This document shows, piece by piece, positions 28,240 to 37,991 of a stretch of DNA of 64,000 nt. Positions within the stretch are counted from its first letter, which is position 1. Each line of letters starts with the position of its first letter. A model generated the notes under the pieces. That model was not told the DNA's origin. It worked only from the letters and a program-made list of their open reading frames with translations, and searched no databases. The DNA is from a virus (taxonomy: Duplodnaviria; Caudoviricetes), in IMG/VR virus record IMGVR_UViG_3300005937_000004, positions 1 through 64,000 of that record; one strand, 5' to 3'. Position numbers and translations under genes: made by a program.

Positions 28240-29942
28240 ACGTCGACAGACAATTCATCCTGAGTCAAAATCCACTCGCCACCTTCCTCGAACGCGCTGG
28301 TATCCGGTTACGCGGTTCAACCCCAGTGTTGAGGACTAATGTGTGTCCCAGGCGGGAACATAAGCGTGACCATCTGTGTGTTGACGTCAATGTCGACACC
28401 AACCTCTGGTGCTGCCATGATTGCGATAACATCGGTGGAACTGTGATCGATTGGGTTATGCACTCGAAAGGTTGCTCTGTTAAGGAGGCGATCGATTCAT
28501 TTGTGCCTGGCGGCGGCGCATTAGCCCCTAAAACTGCGCGCAAACCAGAAAAGGTATCAGAACAGCGCGAACCCAAACAAAACGAAATACAGAGGATTGT
28601 AGCGACATACAGCTATTGCGATAGCGCAGGTAATTTGCGATATGAAGTGGTTCGCTATGAGCCGAAGAGTTTCCGGCAACGACGCCCCGACCCAGATAAT
28701 CCTGGTAAATGGATCTGGAGCTTGGACAAGAGCGAACGTATTTTATACAATCTTCCAGAGGTTCTGCTGTCTGAAACCATTTTCTTAACTGAGGGCGAGA
28801 AAGACGCGGACAATCTATCGGCTCTTGGCTTTGTGGCGACTACACATCCATGTGGTGCAGGACAATGGTTGCCAGCTTATGCTGAAAACCTTCGCGCCAA
28901 GCATATTGTAATTTGTCCGGATGATGATAAAGATGGACGCGAATGGGTTAAAGCCGTAATCGAATCACTACGAGATAAAGCATTATCGATCAAGCTACTG
29001 AAGTTTCCAACCAAGGATGTAAGTGATTTCATTGAGTCCTGTTTTACTCCGGAGACCGCTAGAACGGAGATCGATAAGCTCATTGCCTCGACACCCCATT
29101 TACAACCCCCACCACCGCTCTTTTCGATTGAGGAAATGGCAATACGCTACCGAGAATTTGTGAGACGACTTGGCGACAACGCATTCAGGCTTGGAAAGTT
29201 TCTTCCATCTCTCGATGTGGTGAAACAGGGACTCTGGCCAGGGGATTTGGTCCTTCTACTGGCCGACACTGGCGTAGGTAAGAGTCTTGTGTGTCAGTGC
29301 CTTGCACGAGCCGCGCATCCCTTGCCTACGCTATTCTTTGAGTTGGAAATCTCCCTCGAACTATTGTTCCAGCGTTACATCCAACATGAGCTGGGCGTAA
29401 GGGATGAGGATGTGGAACACGAATATGTAAACAATGACAATCCGATCGACTGGAAAGAGATGAACGGCCTCAACCATATTCTGACCTGCCCAGAGAGCGG
29501 GTTAACTGTTCCGCAGATAGAAGAATACATTGTCAAAAGCCAGCTGCGCTTTGGTGAACCAGCCAAGATCGCATTCATCGATTACGTAGGATTATTGGGT
29601 GGTGAAGGTCGATCACGTTACGAACAGGTCAGCAAAGCTGCTGAGCAATTGAAAGTCATGGCCAAACGCCAGGCTATTATCACGGTTGTAGTGGCACAGA
29701 TCTCGCGCCCTGACAATAAGAAAGAATCCAACGAAATACGCTTGCATGATGCCAGAGATTCTGGTGCTTTGGAATCATCCAGTGCCCTGGTGATCGGATG
29801 TTGGAAGAGTGCTCTGGACAAAATGACATTCAAAATTCTAAAGAACACCAGAGGCAGAGCCGGTAAACAGTTCGAAGCCAATTTTGATGGGTCACGAATG
29901 AGAATAACCGAACCGCCAATCCAAACACTGATGTCAGCATGA
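28236..29942 (+). CDS. Primase-helicase (Zn finger + TOPRIM + DnaB/RecA-like helicase)
   Basis: CPRREH...CCHDC; TEGEKDAD and PDDDKDG; ADTGVGKS Walker A; FIDYVGLL; ARDSGALE. Confidence 0.9.
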   Translation: MNVDRQFILSQNPLATFLERAGIRLRGSTPVLRTNVCPRREHKRDHLCVDVNVDTNLWCCHDCDNIGGTVIDWVMHSKGCSVKEAIDSFVPGGGALAPKTARKPEKVSEQREPKQNEIQRIVATYSYCDSAGNLRYEVVRYEPKSFRQRRPDPDNPGKWIWSLDKSERILYNLPEVLLSETIFLTEGEKDADNLSALGFVATTHPCGAGQWLPAYAENLRAKHIVICPDDDKDGREWVKAVIESLRDKALSIKLLKFPTKDVSDFIESCFTPETARTEIDKLIASTPHLQPPPPLFSIEEMAIRYREFVRRLGDNAFRLGKFLPSLDVVKQGLWPGDLVLLLADTGVGKSLVCQCLARAAHPLPTLFFELEISLELLFQRYIQHELGVRDEDVEHEYVNNDNPIDWKEMNGLNHILTCPESGLTVPQIEEYIVKSQLRFGEPAKIAFIDYVGLLGGEGRSRYEQVSKAAEQLKVMAKRQAIITVVVAQISRPDNKKESNEIRLHDARDSGALESSSALVIGCWKSALDKMTFKILKNTRGRAGKQFEANFDGSRMRITEPPIQTLMSA

Positions 29943-29994
29943 AAACTGAACGAACCAGAGAAACATTACCAAAAGGCGCAATCCGCAGGGTGGC

Positions 29995-30453
29995 TTGCTG
30001 CCACAAATACGCAGGAATAATCCATCAGTTCAAAACACTCAGATACTATCGGCCTTACATTCCTGTTGGCAGATCTTACGGGCTAAACCAAAATCGATGG
30101 GGGTGGCTGCGATGAAGCAAGGATATCTGTTCGATATGGCGCTGGGTGTACAAAAGGGCGAGGAAGGCATGAATCTCGCTTTACTTGCCAAAGGTAAAGC
30201 CGATTGGGATGAACGCAGAGACGATTGGCTTGACCGACACGAAAAAGGTTTCCAATTCACTGCTGACGATCTGGCATTTGCCAGACTTTTGGCCAACGAT
30301 CCTGATGATGGCCCAAACGGGAACAACGATTTCAGTGGATGGTTTAATAGAGCCAGGAGACGGCACCTGATCAAACGGACCGGAGAATGGATTCGGAGCC
30401 GCAGAGTGAGCAACCATGGGCACATGATTCCGATCTGGGAAAAAGTTTACTAA
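29995..30453 (+). CDS. Hypothetical protein
   Basis: ORF track; the start is probably internal (MKQGYLFDM). Confidence 0.55.
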   Translation: MLPQIRRNNPSVQNTQILSALHSCWQILRAKPKSMGVAAMKQGYLFDMALGVQKGEEGMNLALLAKGKADWDERRDDWLDRHEKGFQFTADDLAFARLLANDPDDGPNGNNDFSGWFNRARRRHLIKRTGEWIRSRRVSNHGHMIPIWEKVY

Positions 30454-30516
30454 ACTTTTTGACTTGACACTCCATTAAGTAAGGATTTTCCTGATATCCC
30501 GTGGCCAGTACACGGG

Positions 30517-31218
30517 ATGTCTAACGCACCACTCAGTTATGCTGAGCGACAAATTGCACATGACGTCGAGTATGTGCGGGCATGGGAGAACGCTCCAGCT
30601 AGATTCAAGCGTGTGGCTTCAAAACTGGGTCTCGCTTGTGACCCGGAACACCGAGACGGGATGGCCATTCAGTATGAGGAAAACTACATCGAATCCTCCT
30701 ACAGACCGAACATGGCGGACCTGGTGGATAACCATGTCGACATCGTTATTGAGAGGTATGGTCCACAGCACGCTGTCCTTATCCGATCTATTGCTGCGGA
30801 TCTCAAAAAGCCGATGGAAGAAGAGCTCATCCGCAACCGGGCATTTTTACTCGGGAGGGTCGCATGTTATTTAATCAAGGAAGAAGGCCCCAAAATTTTA
30901 CCCCGTGTTCATGCACTTTTGCACTCTATCCCGGGCTTAGCCAAAGGGGCAGGATATGGCTCATTGCGAGCCAGTGCAGTGAAGTGCAGGGTGAGCGCGG
31001 AATGGCTCCGACGCCGACGGGACAAGTGGTGTCATGTACTTTCTATTCCTATCCCAACCGAGAGCAGAAAATCAAATGAAGCCCGCGAAAAATACAGACA
31101 AAACGCTTGTGTGAATCACTGGCGTCATCAAACATACAAAAATGGAAAACACAACGGAACAAACGGAAACGGTAACGGCACCACCGACGAACAGCTCAAT
31201 CGAACTGGCCATTGTTAA
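30517..31218 (+). CDS. Hypothetical protein, possible C-terminal HTH
   Basis: SLRASAVKCRVSAEWLRRR segment; TTGACA at 30464 upstream. Confidence 0.6.
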   Translation: MSNAPLSYAERQIAHDVEYVRAWENAPARFKRVASKLGLACDPEHRDGMAIQYEENYIESSYRPNMADLVDNHVDIVIERYGPQHAVLIRSIAADLKKPMEEELIRNRAFLLGRVACYLIKEEGPKILPRVHALLHSIPGLAKGAGYGSLRASAVKCRVSAEWLRRRRDKWCHVLSIPIPTESRKSNEAREKYRQNACVNHWRHQTYKNGKHNGTNGNGNGTTDEQLNRTGHC

Positions 31219-31849
31219 AGGCCAAGAATCAGGAATCATACGGTGTATAGACACCGGACTTGAGATCGCTCCTGACTTAACATTTGAACAGTGGTTTGAG
31301 TTGCTTGGATGGATTCGGTGGGCTCGTCATAAACTCACGATCGGTCTCGCTGACGCTATTGCTTACGGCAACATGCGTTTCGGAATGGAAAAGGTAAATG
31401 ACAGTCTTGAGCAGCTGGAGTTCGATCTCCCGATGGTCAAAGCTGCCATTACCATCAATTCTATTCCACCTGAGCTGCGATATCCGGAGTTGAGCGCTGA
31501 TCACTATGTGGAATTGGCTCGCGCTGAGCTTTCCAAGAAAGAGAAAGCCAAATGGGCCAAAACCGCAGCGGAGCTAAAACTCACACCAACTCAGCTCCGT
31601 CTGTCGATGGCTGAAGGTGAAGTCGTAGACACCGCTGCGGCCCGTCAGCTATCCACGGGTGTGATCACTATCCCAGGAATTCGCCAGGAATTCGATGTCT
31701 GGATGCATAGAGTCGGCGGGATTGAAGGTGTGCGTAAAATGGATTACGACACCAAGCAAGAGATCTTCGAAGAACTCGAACCGCTGATGCTTTTTGCGAT
31801 CAAACTGGAAGAAGAACTCTCCGGCGCAGCTGAAGCTATTTCCGAGTAA
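31142..31849 (+). CDS. Conserved phage hypothetical protein
   Basis: TGLEIAPDLTFEQW...IGLADAIAYG pattern. Confidence 0.65.
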   Translation: MENTTEQTETVTAPPTNSSIELAIVKGQESGIIRCIDTGLEIAPDLTFEQWFELLGWIRWARHKLTIGLADAIAYGNMRFGMEKVNDSLEQLEFDLPMVKAAITINSIPPELRYPELSADHYVELARAELSKKEKAKWAKTAAELKLTPTQLRLSMAEGEVVDTAAARQLSTGVITIPGIRQEFDVWMHRVGGIEGVRKMDYDTKQEIFEELEPLMLFAIKLEEELSGAAEAISE

Positions 31850-33296
31850 CCTTCTTTTTTTTCCGTTTTTTTGGTGGTTGATAGGTGATACCTGTTCGTG
31901 GATCTGTCCACGGCATACCCACACTGTGGGTCACTCTTCTGGCCACGTCATAGAGACGCGGATCTTCTGGTGGGACATGTGGTCCCATGGCATTCCAACC
32001 TGCGTGTCCTTTTGGGTGCATTATTTCCTGTGTTTAAAGAAAGTGTCGATGATGAGCCTGATATCGTCTCTGGCTTGGTCATCTAATCCTCCTGGTATAC
32101 GGCCAGCAAACATGATGAAAGCCCTCTCGATTAGACCTTCCCGGTCATCTGCATCGATCATGACAGCGCAATGAGCACATGCTGCCCAAGCGCCTTTGGA
32201 CATGTGACCCTCTACGACTTCGACATCTTCGGCGTCGTATATTTTTGCTGATGGCCCTGATGCGCTGCAAAAATCACAAAGTATCTCACCAGGGTCAGCA
32301 AGAGTTTCAGCCAGGTTGCCCTCTTCATCTATGAATGTCCGTATCTTTTTCACCACTCAGGTCTTTCTACCCTGCTGTCGTGTTTGTCCCAGTCTACAAA
32401 ACGCGACCGTTTGCTCTTTGGTTTACCACCTCGCCTGGGTGCACCAATAGGCTCAATTCTTTCGCCATTTGATTGAGGCGGTTTGATTTTGATGTCTTTG
32501 CCCAGCATCCGTAGTCCTTGCTTTGTTAACGGAATGTATGGGCGCGGTTCATATGAGTTTTCGTTTTTGGAGTTCATCTTTCAGTTCCTGTTGCTGTTCC
32601 GGGGTGAGGGGAACGATCTCCATTTTTTCACCTGGCGGATTGATTATTTCCGCACACGACATGCAAACGGGTTTGATCCCTTTGCCTACCATCATTAACC
32701 CTGTGGGGGAAATCCAGATGTCTGTGCGACATCTGAGACATTTAATGATGATGCTTCCTTGTACTGCTTCATTTCCTGGTTTGGCTTCCAGGCATATTAG
32801 GTGCTCAGGCTTCTCTGCAGCCATTTCTGATAACAGGCTCGTTTGTTGAGCCAGAGTTCCATTTGTTGCTTCACTTCGGTTTCTGTTCCAAAGAAATATC
32901 TCGGGAACCCATCGCAATAGTCGAGGTCGTTGTGACCGTCGACATAGATCAGCCAATCACCGCGATCGCAGTAATGTGGCCGTTTAGATATATTGATTTT
33001 GTATTCACCGTCCATCCCTTCCCACAGTTCAATTGGCACCGTGAGATGGATGCCGTCTTTGTCTGTTGTCCAGTTCATTCTTCGGCTACTTTTATGATTG
33101 CTACTTTCTTTTCACATACACCGCACTCCAGGTGTAGACATTTGTTGATCGAATCATATTTGACCATCAGATCCGCCTGAACATGGCATACGGAATGGAT
33201 GTACATTTCCGGATCATGATGGTGCGTTGTGCATCCTGGAACGCTGCAGCCACCAGCTGTGAGGATGTCGAGATCCAATTGTGTTAGAGGATTCAT
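31836..33296 (-). other. Cluster of about 6 small coupled ORFs, several with CxxC pairs
   Basis: 31836-32021, 32021-32356, 32350-32577, 32549-~32821, 32797-33078, 33075-33296. Confidence 0.6.
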
Positions 33297-33438
33297 GGCT
33301 TAAGGGGTGAGCAGGACGCGCCCCTTTTCTAAAGCAGAACACTGGCCATGCCAGCCAGGCCCCGAGGTTTTGAAACAACTAAGTAACCTTAACCACTGTT
33401 ACACTTGCCAAACCTGACGCGCCTGCTCAAAGCAAAGA

Positions 33439-33780
33439 TTAATCCATCACCCGACGGATTTCACCCGTTGGATCTTCTTCCTGTGCGATGTGCACTTCGT
33501 AGGAAGTGTTGGGCTCCAGGAATATGGGTCCATGTTCGTCATGGATGATCCTGGCCCCTTCACGGCCTACGACTACTATTGCGTTGCCACTGTTACCGAA
33601 CCGATAAACCTCAGCACTGTTGAGATTTTCCAGTTTATGATGATGACCAGTGGCTTCTCCCTCTTGGATGATACCATTCTTTTGGTATTCCTCACTGTCC
33701 TTTGAAAGGCGATTGAGTCGCCAATGATTTCCGGTAATTGGCACAAACATCAAGTCGCCTTGTCTATGTGGTTGTTTCAT
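33439..33780 (-). CDS. Conserved phage protein with QGD...GEATGHHH motif
   Basis: RQGDLMF, EGEATGHHH, HDEHGPI; a related motif occurs at 63254-63997. Confidence 0.7.
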   Translation of the reverse strand: MKQPHRQGDLMFVPITGNHWRLNRLSKDSEEYQKNGIIQEGEATGHHHKLENLNSAEVYRFGNSGNAIVVVGREGARIIHDEHGPIFLEPNTSYEVHIAQEEDPTGEIRRVMD

Positions 33781-33809
33781 TTTTCCCTTTCTGTTGCTTG
33801 TCCCGGGGG

Positions 33810-34919
33810 TTAGGTCTCTTGACCGACGATTTTAAAATAGTTACTCACACCGAACATCCAGTCCAAGGCATGATCCACACGCTCAATGTGGTTCGGGACC
33901 AGATTGATGTAAACGGTGCCTGTAGACGGGCATGTCATTTGCAACGCATGGATGCGAGATCGACCTTCGGCTCTATCTCTGACTGCCGAGATCACTGCTC
34001 TGGTTGGATCACCAACTGGATTTTGAATTGGGAATTCCATGCGCAGAAGTGTGTATCCACGCATCTTGTGTACAGGCTTACTTCCTGCATCTTCAAAGAA
34101 CCGTTTAACACCGTAGAGCTTTATCTGCGCGCTCCGCACAGTAGCATTCGGTTCATTAATAATGTCTTGCCATTTGCCCCTGAAGAGCAAGTTCTTCCGA
34201 TAGAATCTGCAACCGCAGTCGAATGTGGTTGGCTGAGTGGGTCTATCCCATCTGCGCAGTGAACAGCGACCTACTTCTTTTGGATCTTCCTTGCGCGATC
34301 TACATTTCGATTGGTCCCGATACAGATTACGTGCTCTACTCAACCAATAGCGACCGCGCCTACGAGGTTTATCCAGGTCGCGCCATTGTTTGACGTAGCT
34401 TTCCAAAAGCTTTTCCTGTGTGAGTCCCAGTGGTGTATCTGCGTTGATTGATCCATCCTTATTGAATTTCAATGTTTTAGGGACTTCACGACCATCTTTA
34501 CCATCCCTATCAGAGTTAAACTCTTTTCCTGAACCCTTTGGCCAATTCACGATCATGGTGTGGTATGCGCAGGTATAAAACCGATACGGAAACGGGATAT
34601 ATTCGTTGATGCGCATCAATGCGCCCCATTCTGTGTATACCCCCATTGTGCCTACAGCCTGTATCCGTTCATTGTGACTGCGTATCTCTCTGACCATGCG
34701 CCCAGGGAAATTGATTGTGACTGTGCCATCCGGATACCACACCATCAGGTCAGTGCAGTTCCAATATTCCAGGGTGATGCGTCCTTTCTTCTTGTACAGC
34801 CTGGTAGAGCCACGATCCCTGACGATGCAGTTGCGGTAATTGTATTTGTGTCCGAATTCTGATATTGCTGTTGGATAGTCCATATGTGTTATTAGCTCCC
34901 ATTCAAGTTGTTCGTTCAC
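33810..34919 (-). CDS. Hypothetical protein, partner of the QGD/GHHH gene
   Basis: 369 aa; ends LQMTCPSTGTVY..VP...DHALDWMF. Confidence 0.65.
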   Translation of the reverse strand: MNEQLEWELITHMDYPTAISEFGHKYNYRNCIVRDRGSTRLYKKKGRITLEYWNCTDLMVWYPDGTVTINFPGRMVREIRSHNERIQAVGTMGVYTEWGALMRINEYIPFPYRFYTCAYHTMIVNWPKGSGKEFNSDRDGKDGREVPKTLKFNKDGSINADTPLGLTQEKLLESYVKQWRDLDKPRRRGRYWLSRARNLYRDQSKCRSRKEDPKEVGRCSLRRWDRPTQPTTFDCGCRFYRKNLLFRGKWQDIINEPNATVRSAQIKLYGVKRFFEDAGSKPVHKMRGYTLLRMEFPIQNPVGDPTRAVISAVRDRAEGRSRIHALQMTCPSTGTVYINLVPNHIERVDHALDWMFGVSNYFKIVGQET

Positions 34920-34920
34920 G

Positions 34921-36793
34921 TTAGTTGTTTCTTATCTCTTTGGTGATGCGTTTGACTAAGTCTTCCTGCAATCCCGGAATTGACATCAACGCCAGGATAA
35001 ACAAGCGCCCCAGATTCTTGAGGCTTTGCACTTCTTCCTCATCGAGCTCGCGCTCAATTCTTTGTCTGTCCTCGGGGGTCTTAACGTAATAGCCAATAGC
35101 TTCTACGCGCATCCGATCGATCTGATCCTGTGGAACATCTAGTTCCACCATCAGCTCATCGATTACCTGGATCATAGTCATTGCTGGTCTCCATTTCATG
35201 GTGATGTTTGGCGTCCAAGATTTCATCACGAAGTCCGTGATATTCTCCATACGCTTCCAGAGCCATTTCGAATGACTTATATGAGTCGTAGGCAGCCAGG
35301 CCTGCAAAGGCCAGTATAATCATGCCTACCGGCAGAAATACGAACAACATGATGAGGCCTAAGAATCCGAATCCGAGTGCTGCTAACAAATTCTTCCAGC
35401 CCGCTATGTTGAACTCTTTCCGGTAATATCCTGCTTTCATGGCACATTCTTGTGCCACTTGTTTTGATCTTAAGATTGCGTTTTCGTTTTTCATCTGGTT
35501 ACACTTATCAACAGTTTTTCCTGCAATTTGGTTGGGAGTCGCTGACGGATATGTTCCTTCAGCCACTCTGTGTTTATGAATGCCTTGCTGATGATGCTGA
35601 CCTCCTCTCTGGTCAACTTTTCAACAGAAGCGAAATCGATATGCCACTGGTCGATTAAGATTGGATCTTTCATTAATTGTTCTTTCTGTTGTGGATAATT
35701 GTTTTGCCACCGCGTTTAGCGATGTAACTCGCATGTGATTGACGACTATCGCCAACGCCCATAGCCAACACCATCATATGGTCCGGATCTTTCTTCACAC
35801 ACTCAAAGCACACAATCTCAGCCGGTTTGATTTTATATTGCTCCTGTTGCTCTTTACCCAAGAGCACAGGGATGCGGCACCTTTCGCAGGTTGCCCTGAT
35901 GTAAGTGCCATCGGTTTGCACTGCGAATAGACCGATTCTCTCTTGGTCCTCCTTTTCCGCAGGCGGACAAGCGTACTTGAATTCAATGTTCATTTCAGTT
36001 GTTTTGGATTTTCCTTTCTACGTCTTTGGCTGCTTTTATTGTTTCTTCGCTGGTTGGCGAGAACAAACTTTTAATCAGATGCAAACGCATATACCAGCGG
36101 ATCAGATCCTCCAGATCCTCTGGTAGATCGCTGTCCCGATTCATGCCTCCTGGCACTATTGGGTTAGTAGCGCGAGCATAGAGATCGGCTGATTTTACTT
36201 GTTCCTCGGTGAATCCCAGCTTTTTGGCTTCATCCATCATTATTTCGCTCAGATTCATTTGGTTAACCTCGTTTAGTATTCATCTATCATTTTATCCAGG
36301 TCTTTGATGCTCAGACCATGTTTATTTAAAGCTTTCTCTGTTCCACGCAGGATCGCTTCAAGTTCTTTGGTTCTGAGCCACCAGTACCAGGTTGATCCAC
36401 AGCTCCCTAAAAGCGCGAAGATCAGGTACATCATCATGTGTCCTCCTGACCAGTCACTTTCAGAAACTGCCCTCTAATAGCCATCATGCGTGTGTGCATG
36501 TCGCGCACCTGCATTTGGAGACGTTCATGCTGAACAGCAAGCCACTCATGATGTTCTTTTGGTAAAACCGCCGCGCATCGCTGGAATGTATTGTTGCAAT
36601 CTTTGATGGCGTTGTTTTGTAGATCGCAGAGCTCTAAAAGCTCCACGAGCATTTGGATTTCTTCAGTTGTCATTTTTTGGTTTCTGTATGGTTTGGAAGA
36701 TTGACCTGGCTTGGATAGCTGAACAGATGGGTTTGCTACCCTGCCGGACGTTCTGTGAATGTGCTGTGGGCCCAATGGAAATATCGGTTGCAC
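34921..36793 (-). other. Cluster of small hypothetical ORFs
   Basis: 34921-~35181, 35156-~35494, 35491-35673, 35673-35993, 35995-36258, 36434-~36673. Confidence 0.55.
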
Positions 36794-37254
36794 CGGGATT
36801 TAAGAACCTGTGCAAAAAGATGATCCTGATTGAGCCCAATCAGCATCTGGCTGCGATTGCTGCTGAGACTATGCAGATGCCCGTGACGCATGCTGCGATC
36901 GGGTTTGAGTCTGGTGTCGCCACACTGGTGAATAATGGTGGCTCCAGCTTTCTGCAGGGTACCTGGGCACCTACCATGCCCCCGGATCAAGCACCGGTCG
37001 AAACGGTCACCATGATGACCTTTGATAAAATCGATGATGGCAGAATCGACATTCTGGCTCTCGATTGCGAGGGCATGGAGTGGGCTGTTTTATCACGGAT
37101 GCGCAGTAAACCGAAGCTGCTCACGATCGAACTGTGGGATCGCAACCCATTCCATCGCGAGATCACTAAATGGCTCACTGATCACCGATATGTTCTGCGT
37201 TTTTCTACAGGACCAACTACTGAGACTCAGCTTTATTCTCTTTGGCCTTATTAG
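36688..37254 (+). CDS. FkbM-family SAM-dependent methyltransferase
   Basis: ECAVGP, ILIEPN, IDILALDCEGMEWAVL, LLTIE motifs; start re-called at ATG 36688; lone plus-strand gene. Confidence 0.75.
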   Translation: MVWKIDLAWIAEQMGLLPCRTFCECAVGPMEISVAPGFKNLCKKMILIEPNQHLAAIAAETMQMPVTHAAIGFESGVATLVNNGGSSFLQGTWAPTMPPDQAPVETVTMMTFDKIDDGRIDILALDCEGMEWAVLSRMRSKPKLLTIELWDRNPFHREITKWLTDHRYVLRFSTGPTTETQLYSLWPY

Positions 37255-37643
37255 GCATTGATGCCCACGCTATCTGCGCCAATGTGACATTGGGATCTTT
37301 TAAGAACAGTGCTGCCTCATCTGAGGTAGGTTTGCGCACTGTGAGATCCTTTTTAAACACCATCAGCTTGCCACATTGTATGCAGAGTGTGATGTCACCT
37401 CGCCTTGGTTTCGCTCCTTTTTCGAGGGCTGTTGCGCAATCCAGCTTGTGTCCGCACCACGGGCACGGACTCACTGGTGTCATGGTGTGATTTATATCGC
37501 TCATGTAACGATGTAATGTGTTTGGCTACGGCATCCAGGTTAGTGAATACATGGCAGTTAGCGACGTCGCTATTATCCATCCATCCACAATCATCTGTGA
37601 CGATGTAGCCGTTTTGTGTTCTCCATATCACGATTGGTTTCAT
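37217..37643 (-). other. Two small hypothetical ORFs (37217-37504 with Zn ribbon; 37395-37643)
   Basis: CPWCGH...CIQCG in the first. Confidence 0.55.
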
Positions 37644-37670
37644 GGTTTATTGACAATTCCCTTTATTTAC

Positions 37671-37991
37671 ATGCTTTACTCTGGTTACCGAACTGAATTT
37701 GGAATTAAGCTTGTTGTGACCGGGGACGGTCAAAACAAACAGATTAAAATCGATCTACGCAAAGAGCCATTCGCATTCAACTTTCAAGGGCTTTATCCAA
37801 CTGACCTATTTGTGAGATCTGATGATGAATCGGTTCCAACTCCAATGGCAAGATTAGGAGACATACTTGGCACGGTCGAGCTTGAATACCCCGAAGCGCT
37901 ACCGTCTTGTGGGGCGGGTACGATGTCGCCTCGATCGCAGATCACCATATTTCTGTTCTACTCAGACACCTCAATATCGGGAAGACGGTGA
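37671..37991 (+). CDS. Hypothetical protein, lone plus-strand gene
   Basis: In-frame ATG 15 nt after TTGACA (37650) within ORF 37518-37991. Confidence 0.6.
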   Translation: MLYSGYRTEFGIKLVVTGDGQNKQIKIDLRKEPFAFNFQGLYPTDLFVRSDDESVPTPMARLGDILGTVELEYPEALPSCGAGTMSPRSQITIFLFYSDTSISGRR

